Source of the DNA: a virus
Taxonomy: Duplodnaviria; Caudoviricetes
Strand: one strand, 5' to 3'
Virus record (IMG/VR): IMGVR_UViG_3300021255_000054
DNA: 64,000 bases
In this document: positions 49,276-58,828 of the stretch, piece after piece
Position numbering within the stretch: position 1 is the stretch's first letter
Layout of the letters: each line of letters starts with the position of its first letter
Translations under genes and position numbers: made by a program
Notes under the pieces: generated by a model
What the model saw: the letters and a program-made list of their open reading frames with translations, nothing else
Database searches by the model: none
What the model was told of the DNA's origin: nothing

Positions 49276-52200
49276 ATCGCTCAATTAAAAGATACACTCG
49301 TATAGGGGAGCTTACGAGTTACAGATACAACTTATACAGAAGATTTAGTTATATAGGGAAGTAAAACTAAAAATTAGGTATTAGCAACACCGAGTAGCGC
49401 AGATGGGGCACCAATCTTTAGAGGGCTAGTTGCCGCGGATATACCAGGTTTAGCCGCATCTAAAATTACTTCTGGTGAATTACCAATAGCCCACGGAGGT
49501 ACTGGTGCAGATACTGCCAGTGAAGCACGCGCGAATTTAGGAACTGCTCCATATAAACAAAGTATTTTTTATGGGACCTGTAGCACACCACAGGGCACAC
49601 AATTAAAATAGGTAATTCTAACTAATGGTGAAGGCTTTTCATTAGTCGCTGGTGTAACAGTTGCTGTTAAATTTACAAATGCATCTGCCGGCGCGACCAT
49701 GACACTTGCTATTAGTACTGATAATGGAACAACTTATACAGCAGCAAAAAATTTGTATTAGTACGCTACAACTACTATGTCTAGTGGCGGTAATACTAAT
49801 GGTTGGTATGCAGGTGCAGTTGTTATATTTATTTATGATGGCACTGCTTGGTTTAGATCATATTGGTATAATAATACATATGATTATGCATATGTAAATG
49901 GTGCTGGTGGAAATGGACGTAAGGCCGCGAGTGATGGCGTTGGTTTACATAGATATAGTTTACAAATGATGAAATTAGATGGCACTTGGTCATCTATAGC
50001 TTCTGATTATCCTACTGCAGCGACCACAAACGGTGCAGCAACTAATAAAACTGTAGCAACTTGTAAATTTTTAATCACTTCACCAATATTATTTTAGGAT
50101 ACAAATACCAATGCAACTCCTGGTAATTCAGTAAATGCTAATGGTTATACGTCGGCACCGCATGATTTACGTTATTCTGTATATAATAGTCAATGGACAG
50201 CTTTAACTATACAGCAACCGGTTTATTTAGTTGGTAAACCGGAGAATGATGGATTAACATTTAAATTAGATACAACTAAGTGGTATACTCAAACTTTACC
50301 CACAGAAAAAGATGATAAAATTTATATATACTTAGGATTGGCTTATTCTACTACCAATATTTATTTAACTCAAGTTCATACTATTTATTGGCATGATGGT
50401 AACTCAATATTAGTATATCATAATTTAGGAAAACATTTTTTAAATCCTACTAAATTAGCTATTAATAGCACCGATGAGCCGGATGAAAATTTATATGTTA
50501 ATGGTAGTGCAACAATTACTAGTACCACTTATATAAATGGTTCTTTATATGAAAAAAAGAGTACTCCTACTGTAATATTAGCTGATACTAATTCTTCTCG
50601 AACCGATACCACTTTTCGTATGAACTTAACTATTGCAGAAGATGGAAAATAGGGTTTATGGTCATCTGGATATTCTAATAATGATAAGACATCTTTTACA
50701 TCAAGTGCAAAATGGATTTTATATAGAGATACTGATGGAAATTCTTATTTTAAAGGCAGTGCTACTTCTCTTGAAACTGCCAGAAATTTATGGGGTAATA
50801 GTTTTAATGGTACTGCTAGTATTGATGGTACGATTAAACTAGGTGATGAAAAAGAAATTTAGTTTTTAATTAATCGCAAAAATACATCACAAACAACAGG
50901 ATGGGCTAAACCTTTTATTAAGTTTTTTGGACAAAATGAAACTGATCCTTTTGCAGTAATGGGTATTTATGGCGGGAAAAATGCATTAAATTATATATAT
51001 ATTGGCACATATAATTATGATGGAAATAATTTACGCATTAAAACAGATGGTTCTATTGAAGTGCCAAAAGATACCGACTCTACTAGTACTACTACTGGCG
51101 CGATTGTTACTGGTGGTGGTATTGGGGTTGCAAAATCAATTAAAGTGGGTACTCAAATTAAATTTACTTCTACCGATGCTATAAAACATATTGAATTTAG
51201 TAGAACTGGTAGTCCAAACTATATATGTTACCCGAGTAATGGACAATTAGCAATTGGATTTGGTACAGGACTTGATTATAGCATTGCTGTATTTGATACC
51301 AATACAGCACTAAAGCCAGGTAAAAATAATACATATACATTGGGTCAAAGTAGCTTTAGATGGAAAGATTTTTATACTGTAAATGGTAATTATAGTGGCA
51401 CTATTACTGCTCTTAATTTACGATTAACTAGTACTACAGATGCTTCTGGCACTGCAGATAATGGCCCCGCTCTTATTATAGGATCACGTACTGGTTAGCA
51501 TTTAGAAATTGATACTAATGAAATAATGAGCAAAAAAACTGGTACTACAGTAGATACATTATATCTAAATGCCAATGGCGGTGTTATACAACTAAATAAT
51601 GCTAGTGATAGTTATTATACACAAATATTATCTCTTAAAGATAGCAGTGCGTCCGAAGGCGCATTACGAGTAGATGGCGGTGCAAGTATTGCTAAAAAAT
51701 TACATGTTGGAGAGGATATTGTTGGACATGGAGGTATAGTATGTATAAAAATGTCTAAATCTCCTTGGCCAAATGTTCGATTTGATACTGAAGCAGGGGT
51801 TAGTGCAGAAGATGGAAACCATTATACATATGAAACTGTTACTGTAGATGGATGGTGCTATTTATATGCATAGGTTCCTGCTAAGCGTACATTAACTACT
51901 GATAATAGTACTTTTTATTATGGTAGTCGTTTCTTGTTTAGAGTCTATAGTAAATAGGCAAATACTTTAACAAAATTAAATTTTTATGAAAATTATTATT
52001 TACCAACAGTTAATGATGATAGAACTAACAATGCATCATATAACATATTAACTGATAAGGCTACGGTAACGGTTGCACAAGGCGGCACTGGTAATACTAG
52101 TTATACTGCAAATACCTTAGTATTTGCAGAATCTGCTTCTAAATTATCATCTAGAGCCGCTCTAACGGTTGGTACCAATCAATTAACATTAACAGGTCCA

Positions 52201-53757
52201 GCGGGAGCAGATACTGCTATTAAGGTTACAGGTTCTTAGAATAGTATTAGTTTAATGGTTGGTTCTGGAAATGTTAATAGAGGTATATATGACCATACAA
52301 ATAATAAATGGATAATTTATGCCGATGCTAATAATCAAATTAATATTAATTCTAATTCATATATTAATGGCAAATTAACACTTTTAGGTAACTAGTATGA
52401 TGGACCAGATGGCAATGTCGGTCTCGATGCTGCTAATTCTGACATTATAAGAGTTAATGGTATATATACTAGTGATAAAGCAGAACTATTTAGTGAAGGA
52501 TATTTAGCCTATAGATCTGATACAACTTGGGATGCTATGGCTGCGAAAGACGGTGTATTTTATTTTGGTTCAAATGTAGCGAGAGATGCCGCGCTCGCGG
52601 GAAGCGCTACATTAGAAGCAGGTGAAATTATTTCTCGAAAAGCTAGTGGAGAAGGAATGGTAATGGCTACTAATGGTGACAACCATAAACTATATTTATA
52701 TTGTAATTCTGATGGCCGTAGTGGTATGTATGGTTATACTACAGCCGGTACTGGCTATAGTGTATTTGCTACTGCCGCAGACGCTACTAGTAGTACTTTT
52801 TACGGCAATGTAACTGGTTCTTCGGCTTCATGTACAGGTAACGCTGCAACAGCTACTCGTTTACAAGGCAATTTAGCTGCAAATACCGCTAATGCTAGTT
52901 GTAATATATGGGTTTCTTCTAATGGTAATCCTGCAGCAGTCGGTACATATGTATCTGGATTTTATATTAATCCTTCTACTAAAGAGTTAACGGTTCCAGG
53001 CTTAATTAAAGGTAATATTTCTGGCCGCTCTACAGGTTTATATACTGGTAGTTCTGATAATACAACATCTACTTATAGTATGGATTAGCGTATTCAGGCA
53101 GCAATTCAATCTTGGTTTAATACAAATAAAAGTACAGTAGGCCGTAATATAGCCATTAATTTATATCTTGGTATTGGCAATGGAGTATCTGCGACCGGGT
53201 ATTTTTTAAATGGTTACGATAGTAATCCTTATGGAGGTTTTTTTGTTGCACATTATGGAACACCAAGGTATTGTGGTATTATGAATGGTACTTTTTCTTG
53301 CGCACGAATATGGAAAGAAGGTGACGCAGTTACTGGTGCTGTTTGGAATGACTATGCAGAATATCGTCGCTCTCACTGTGAAGAACCTGGATATGTAGTA
53401 TATGAAAATGGTGATGATACATTATCAAAAACTACATAGCGACTATAGCATTTCGCAGGTATTGTATCAGATACTTGGGGCTTCTGTCAGGGCGAAACAG
53501 ACAAAGCTAAAACGCCAATAGCAGTATCTGGTAGAGTACTTGCTTATACATATAAAGATAGAAACTTATATCAACCTGGTGATTGCGTATGCGCAGCGCC
53601 TGATGGTACAGTCGATATAATGACTGAACAAGAAATTAAAGATCATCCAGATCGTATCGTAGGAACTGTCTCTTGTGTACCTGATTATGAAGAGTGGGGA
53701 AGCGGAGATAGACCAGCTGTTAAAGTAAATAATCGTATTTGGATTAAAGTTCATTAA
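49276..53757 (+). CDS. tail spike/fibre (~1490 aa) with C-terminal autoproteolytic intramolecular chaperone (peptidase G2-like); start uncertain (ATC)
   Basis: Five track ORFs share one frame; C-terminal GAVWNDYAE...GIVSD...PIAVSGRV. Confidence 0.8.
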
Positions 53758-53765
53758 CTTAATAT

Positions 53766-53794
53766 TTGACTTTCTATAAATTTTATTGTATAAT
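53766..53794 (+). promoter_or_regulatory. sigmaA promoter upstream of the suppressor tRNA region
   Basis: TTGACT-17-TATAAT. Confidence 0.75.
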
Positions 53795-53867
53795 ATTTAC
53801 AGAAGGTAAGGAAAGGAACTTATCTTCTGTAAATTATTTTTTTCATTACATAAGGAGGTAATGAGAT

Positions 53868-54212
53868 ATGGCTATTCGTGTATATAGCGACAAGACACAG
53901 CAGTTTTATAACACTGTGGAAGAAGCCAATAGGGCTGAATTTGAACTGAAAGAACAGGAAAATCGTGAGAAGATTCGTAAAGAGCGGGAAGCCGCCGAAG
54001 CAAAGGCTAAGAAGGAAAAGGAAACCGCTGAACGTAAGGTTGCTGCCGATAAGGTAGAAGCCGCACATAAGGCTATGGTAGAAGCCCAGAATGCTTATAA
54101 GAAGGAGCTCGAAGCCTTCTGTAAGAAATATGGTGCTTATCATTTTTCTTTAAATAATCTCGAAGATATTCCTCATCTTTTGGATGTTCTCAATGATGTA
54201 TTTAGTTGGTAA
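53868..54212 (+). CDS. charged coiled-coil protein
   Basis: SD AAGGAGG; E/K/A-rich. Confidence 0.8.
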   Translation: MAIRVYSDKTQQFYNTVEEANRAEFELKEQENREKIRKEREAAEAKAKKEKETAERKVAADKVEAAHKAMVEAQNAYKKELEAFCKKYGAYHFSLNNLEDIPHLLDVLNDVFSW

Positions 54213-54256
54213 TTGAGCGGCTTATGGGTTGTGCCGCGAAACAACCCGATTCTCGG

Positions 54257-54341
54257 TGCCCTGCGGTCCGTGGCGGACAGACGGTCTCTAAAACCGTGGC
54301 CTCTGAAGCAAACGAAGTTGGTTCGATTCCAACCAGGGCAG
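54257..54341 (+). tRNA. amber suppressor tRNA (anticodon CUA), probably Gln-charged
   Basis: Acceptor TGCCCTG/CAGGGCA plus G73; anticodon arm ACGGT-CTCTAAA-ACCGT; T arm GTTGG-TTCGATT-CCAAC; 19-nt variable region. Confidence 0.9.
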
Positions 54342-54632
54342 TTGCGGTATGTGCTTAATGAGTACGTACTTTGTAAAGGAAAATGTAGTTCAGCGGGATG
54401 CTGGCTTATACTAGTTGACATTTTTTTTAATACAATCTCCAGTAAGAGCAAAAAACTGCCACGGGCTGGGTGAAATGCCCCGGGTCCACCTTCCTTGCCT
54501 ACGGTGAGTGTCCGTTCAAGGCAGAAAACATGCGGTCCGGCCGGACGCGACGATGGCTAGTTTGGGGTTTTACGCCACGCTCTTTAGGCAGCGCAACCCG
54601 CTATGACGAGATCTTAGCACGCTTGCCTATAT

Positions 54633-54703
54633 GCACCATTGGTGTAGCGGTAACATCTTTGCCTTCCAAGCAAATGTGGCCAGTTCGAATCTGGTATGGT
54701 GCT
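54633..54703 (+). tRNA. tRNA-Gly(TCC)
   Basis: Cloverleaf, loop CTTCCAA. Confidence 0.9.
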
Positions 54704-55067
54704 CTAGCTGGGAAGCTCAGAACCCAGGAAACTTCTCGCCTGAAATCGCGAGCAAAGGAGAAGTAGGTAAGTAAGCGACCCAAATAACTGCTGCCGTGAG
54801 CCATAACCACGTAAGCTTATCCTAGGTGAGCAGATTTGGGTGCCAGTACTAAACACCAAAAATATATAGTGCCAAGTCAGATGCTCTTGATACAGCATCC
54901 ACCAATTCTTGCGGTGTAATAAAGAGACGTAAGGCGACACGTTATATCGTCAGCGCAAATAGGAGTTGCGAACCTACGCGCGCGAACTCTATGTTATTGA
55001 ACACCTAACGCAATTAGGCTAGTAAATGATATAGAGTTTTTTATTTTCTAAAAAGGAGGTAATTCAT

Positions 55068-55709
55068 ATGAAAATTAGTATTAATGCAGCTTATGGTGTA
55101 GTTACTGTATTCTCTTAGATTAAATCCAATAAGAGATTAAAGTTAAAAGTATCTTGTGGAGATAAAACAATATTCCATGATATTACAGATTAGATAACTG
55201 TGCCTTTAACATTTGGTAGTGGAACTTATTCATTTACTTTATATGAGCAAACCACTAGTAAAAACTATAAACAAAAAGCAGTATATAAAAAGAAGATAGT
55301 ATTAGATGCTAATGCTTATACATATACAGCAAACTCATATGTTAATTTTAATGAAAAATCTCATTTTTATTAGCTCGCGCGCGAACTAGGAAATTTAGAT
55401 AATATATATGAATATTTCATTACCAACTTCTATTATGATTATATTGGCGCGATTTCGTCTGCGAATAAGTCTTTTTCTATATTAGATTTAAATGAATGCT
55501 TTGATAGCAAGAAAGGAACTTGTTATTCATTATCTGCGCTATTCACAGCAATGCTACGTATTTGTAAAATACCGGCAAAATTAGTTATTGGAACTGCTAA
55601 CTCCTAGCCGCACGCTTGGGTTGAATCTGATAATAAAATTTATGATATTGCTAATTATTTAACAAAATCAAATTCTAATGTTCAATATAAATCAGAAAGA
55701 TTTTATTAA
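55068..55709 (+). CDS. transglutaminase-like cysteine protease domain protein (4 TAG)
   Basis: GTC...AMLR..IPAKLV.G...HAWVE...YD triad; absent from the ORF track. Confidence 0.85.
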
Positions 55710-55877
55710 TTGACTTTTAATAAAAATTATATTGTAATTTTATTACAGAAAGGAGAGATAATATGTTGGATGATTTCATTATGAATTACTCTTACGATGA
55801 AGATGATTATGACTACATTGATTGGTATGATCTCGAAGCATCTATTTTAGAAGATATGGCTGTGGAGTTTGAAGTAT

Positions 55878-56138
55878 ATGAAGATTGAATATATTCCTAA
55901 ATTTTATCTTAAGGAGATCGCTGCGATAGTATTGGAGCGACGCCATAATGAGCCTTCATATTTATCTATTTATGAAGAACTACATAATCATTTCTTTGAA
56001 GGAGATGATGTTTATGGAGTTAATTTGAATATGCCTGCTTTTATTAATTATTCTCCTAATATTGAATTAGCATATGAATTATTAATGCAAGAAGGCAAGC
56101 TATCTGTTGGTGATGAATTTGAAATTTGCGCAGATTAA
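55878..56138 (+). CDS. hypothetical protein
   Basis: ORF track; resembles the next gene. Confidence 0.65.
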   Translation: MKIEYIPKFYLKEIAAIVLERRHNEPSYLSIYEELHNHFFEGDDVYGVNLNMPAFINYSPNIELAYELLMQEGKLSVGDEFEICAD

Positions 56139-56195
56139 TATTTGACCTAAAATAAAAATTATGATATAATAATTATGTTGAAAGGGGATAAGAGA

Positions 56196-56453
56196 ATGAT
56201 TCATAAGATGCCAACTATCAACTTGTTTGAAGCGGCAAAAGCAGTTGCGAAGGAACTTCGACTAAATCGGTTTGCAGTATTTGAATTTTTTACTGAACAT
56301 TTTTATGGTGAAGAATCTGAATCTTCTATTAAAATGGATTTTATCCCTAAAGACCTTACAGAATATGAAATTGAATTGGAATGCTTTTATAAGCTTCTAA
56401 TGAAAGAAGGCTTGAAGCCTATGGATTCATTTATTATCTTTTATGGATGTTAA
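56196..56453 (+). CDS. hypothetical protein
   Basis: Downstream of promoter 56142-56170 (TTGACC-17-TATAAT). Confidence 0.65.
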   Translation: MIHKMPTINLFEAAKAVAKELRLNRFAVFEFFTEHFYGEESESSIKMDFIPKDLTEYEIELECFYKLLMKEGLKPMDSFIIFYGC

Positions 56454-56455
56454 TT

Positions 56456-56529
56456 CGGGCACTAGCTCAGTCGGTGAGAGCAGTGGTCTTATAAACCAAA
56501 GATGCTTGGTTCAAATCCAAGGTGCCCGA
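56456..56529 (+). tRNA. tRNA-Ile(TAT)
   Basis: Cloverleaf, loop CTTATAA. Confidence 0.85.
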
Positions 56530-56532
56530 CAT

Positions 56533-56561
56533 TTGACTTATATCAAAATTTTTGATATAAT
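56533..56561 (+). promoter_or_regulatory. sigmaA promoter directly upstream of CAGCAA element 1
   Basis: TTGACT-17-TATAAT with TGn. Confidence 0.8.
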
Positions 56562-56572
56562 AAATATGAACA

Positions 56573-56681
56573 AAGGCTCCTGCAGCAAATTTTCTTTGGA
56601 CTGTAAATCCCCGTGTCATTGGTTCGATTCCAATCCCGAATAGGGTAGCTCAGCTAGGTAGAGCAGGTAATTAGGAGTCTT
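56573..56681 (+). ncRNA. CAGCAA element 1: circularly permuted tRNA-Tyr(GTA)-like RNA
   Basis: Stem AAGGCTCC/GGAGTCTT; order is anticodon loop, T arm, CCC-GAATA-GGG, D arm. Confidence 0.8.
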
Positions 56682-57002
56682 GTAACTCAAACTGCGGCAA
56701 TAAGCCGAATCCTTAGCCGTTGTGCGTGCTACTCGTATAGTAACACAATAGTCAGCGGTTAGTTGGAGACCGTAGTGCGGCAACGGTATACAAAAACGCA
56801 CCGTGTGGTAGAGATTGCCCGTTAGGTTCCTCACTACTAGCAACGATAGGGCATAAATAAAGAAGTCTCCTAACTCTAATATGCTCCTGAACAAGAGCCG
56901 GTGGATCTTACGGTGAAAACCCGTAGTAAAGAACGACAAAACTGCTCACTTGCGCAAGGGGTTTATGGTTATCCTCGCTTTGGCGAAAAACCTTATCAAT
57001 AT

Positions 57003-57073
57003 CGCACGATAGTGTAAAGGTAAAACCTCTGGCTCATAACCAGAAGATCTGGGTTCGATTCCCAGTCGTGCTA
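57003..57073 (+). tRNA. tRNA-Met(CAT), initiator-like 1:72 mismatch
   Basis: Cloverleaf, loop CTCATAA, C1/T72. Confidence 0.85.
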
Positions 57074-57498
57074 CGACGCGATGCTAGTAGCGTAAGAAAA
57101 GACTAGCCGTGGCTAAGCGCAGAATCGTATTGGCGCTAGAGTTCTTGGACGCAAGATAGCTCGCACTTCTGAATGGCCAATCAGAAGTCATTAAATTGGG
57201 CCGAAAAACAGGAAGGCTGAGGAAAATGGATTGGAAGTCCTGGGCAGCTCTTAGGGTCGCGCCCTAAACTGGAAAACCAAAGCAGCTTCATCTACTGCTC
57301 CTGTCACAATGTGTAGGCCGAATTATTTCACTCGCAAGGCGCGTGAAGCCAGCGCAAATCTGGCTGAGTGGCTCCGCGGAGATAACCGCGGCGTAAGGTA
57401 ACTGAAATGCAAACCAGCGCAGATACATGACCTGCGCAGTAGAAATTAAAGGTGCCGCGCTGATAGACCGCAAGTTCGCAATAGTCTATTATTTATAT

Positions 57499-57576
57499 CA
57501 TCTATGTAGCTCAGAGATAGTAGAGTGCTCCCGCAGTAATGGGAGAGGTCGAAGGTGCGAATCCTTTCATAGATGA
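57499..57576 (+). tRNA. atypical tRNA with 8-nt anticodon loop (GCAGTAAT)
   Basis: Good acceptor, D and T arms; CTCCC/GGGAG stem; no U33. Confidence 0.6.
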
Positions 57577-57632
57577 CTTGTGTAGACATCACACATCGGT
57601 GCCATACTGCCGAAATAATGAAGTATGGGCGC

Positions 57633-57703
57633 GCGATTATAGTGTAGTGGTAACATAGGTGCTTGCCATGCACCTGTCATGGGTTCGAATCCCATTAGTC
57701 GCT
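57633..57703 (+). tRNA. tRNA-Gly(GCC)
   Basis: Cloverleaf, loop TTGCCAT. Confidence 0.9.
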
Positions 57704-57706
57704 CTT

Positions 57707-57822
57707 TAGACATATCAGCAATCATTCTTGCTAGAGGAGCCCGTTCAGTGTTGGTTTAAATCCAACCCACCCGACCATCGGGTGGTCGCTCAATTGTTAG
57801 AAGCACGGTAAAAGTATGTCTA
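57707..57822 (+). ncRNA. CAGCAA element 2: permuted tRNA-like RNA with internal CCA
   Basis: Stem TAGACATA/TATGTCTA; T arm, CCACCCGA-CCA-TCGGGTGG, D arm. Confidence 0.78.
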
Positions 57823-57828
57823 GTTTTT

Positions 57829-57900
57829 GGCCTTATGGTATAGTGGTAATTACGTAGCCCTGTCACGGCTAAGACCGCAGTTCAATTCTGCGTAAGGTCG
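57829..57900 (+). tRNA. tRNA-Asp(GTC)
   Basis: Cloverleaf, loop CTGTCAC. Confidence 0.9.
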
Positions 57901-58258
57901 CATAGGTTGATTTTGAAGTCCTTTCCTAAATTGGATGGAGGGAACCCAAGCTAGCAAAAAACACGTCCTACAGTGGTGTGCCCGGGTTAGCACACATTAA
58001 AACTGTCGCCACGGTTAATGGTTCAAATTCTGCCGGCAATAGCGAAACAATAGAAGTCCCGCAAGGTGAAAGCGTTCCAATAGGATGTTCGGCGGCAAGT
58101 TTTTTATGGTACATAAGTCAGCCCGTTAGACTTTAAATGGCGGGACACTGTCCGACCAAGAGTTTGTATTTGTCGCAAATTATGTCGTTAAACTGTCCCC
58201 AAAAATACTCATTCACCTTAGTATTTTTGGGTTACTCATCACAAAATATTAAGGAGGA

Positions 58259-58756
58259 ATGAAAATGAGTAATCTAAAAACTAGACAAATTACAGGTATC
58301 GCTATCTTAACTGCGCTTTATTGTGTATTAAGCGCAATGATGAAGATCCCATTTATAGGTGCAATTTCTCTTGATTTGGGGTATATTGCACTTACAGTAG
58401 GATGCACGCTATTTGGCCCTTGGGCCGCTGTTATTGGTGCTGTAGGATGTGGACTTGAAAGTATTCTTTTTTCGCCATATGGCTTCAGTATCAGTTGGTT
58501 CGTAGCAAATTTAATTATCGGCCTTGGATGCGGAATCGTGTTCAAGAAAACCGAGAATATTTGGCTACGAATTGCCGCAATAGTAGGATTCGTTGCGGTA
58601 GGTATGCTTGGCGCGAAAACTGGTATTGAGTGCTACTTGTATCATATTCCATTTGCAGTTAAGATTGTAAAAAATGCAGTAGCATTTGGCGTTGATACTA
58701 TTACAATGCTGATTGGTTTAAGTATTAGTAATAGAGTAGTAAAATATTGGAAATAA
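58259..58756 (+). CDS. ECF transporter S component (substrate-binding membrane protein)
   Basis: Multiple TM helices, AxxxA in TM1, IP...LFGP..A..G pattern. Confidence 0.8.
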   Translation: MKMSNLKTRQITGIAILTALYCVLSAMMKIPFIGAISLDLGYIALTVGCTLFGPWAAVIGAVGCGLESILFSPYGFSISWFVANLIIGLGCGIVFKKTENIWLRIAAIVGFVAVGMLGAKTGIECYLYHIPFAVKIVKNAVAFGVDTITMLIGLSISNRVVKYWK

Positions 58757-58828
58757 AAATATTTGACTTAAAATTAAATTTGATATATAATTATTATATA
58801 AAAGAGAGATAATTTTTCTCTCTCAAAT

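Noticed and set aside
7538-53757. Massive pseudogenisation of structural genes
   Set aside because: Interruptions are exclusively TAG, there are no frameshifts, TAG aligns with Gln, and a suppressor tRNA is present.
54257-54341. Pyrrolysine or selenocysteine tRNA
   Set aside because: No pyl/sel genes; the anticodon is CUA with a 7-bp acceptor and long variable region; protein alignments indicate Gln.
57215-57260. RNase P RNA (GGAAGTCC-like motif)
   Set aside because: Imperfect match to GAGGAAAGUCC and no matching 3' P4 strand found.
54173-57673. Track ORFs overlapping tRNAs/ncRNAs (54173, 54213, 54470, 54601, 54704, 56443, 56616, 57288, 57446)
   Set aside because: They overlap clear RNA genes or GC-rich structured spacers and lack SD sites.
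58116-58148. Ochre (UUA) suppressor anticodon hairpin CTTTAAA
   Set aside because: 9-nt loop, no tRNA body, and TAA is clearly used as a stop.
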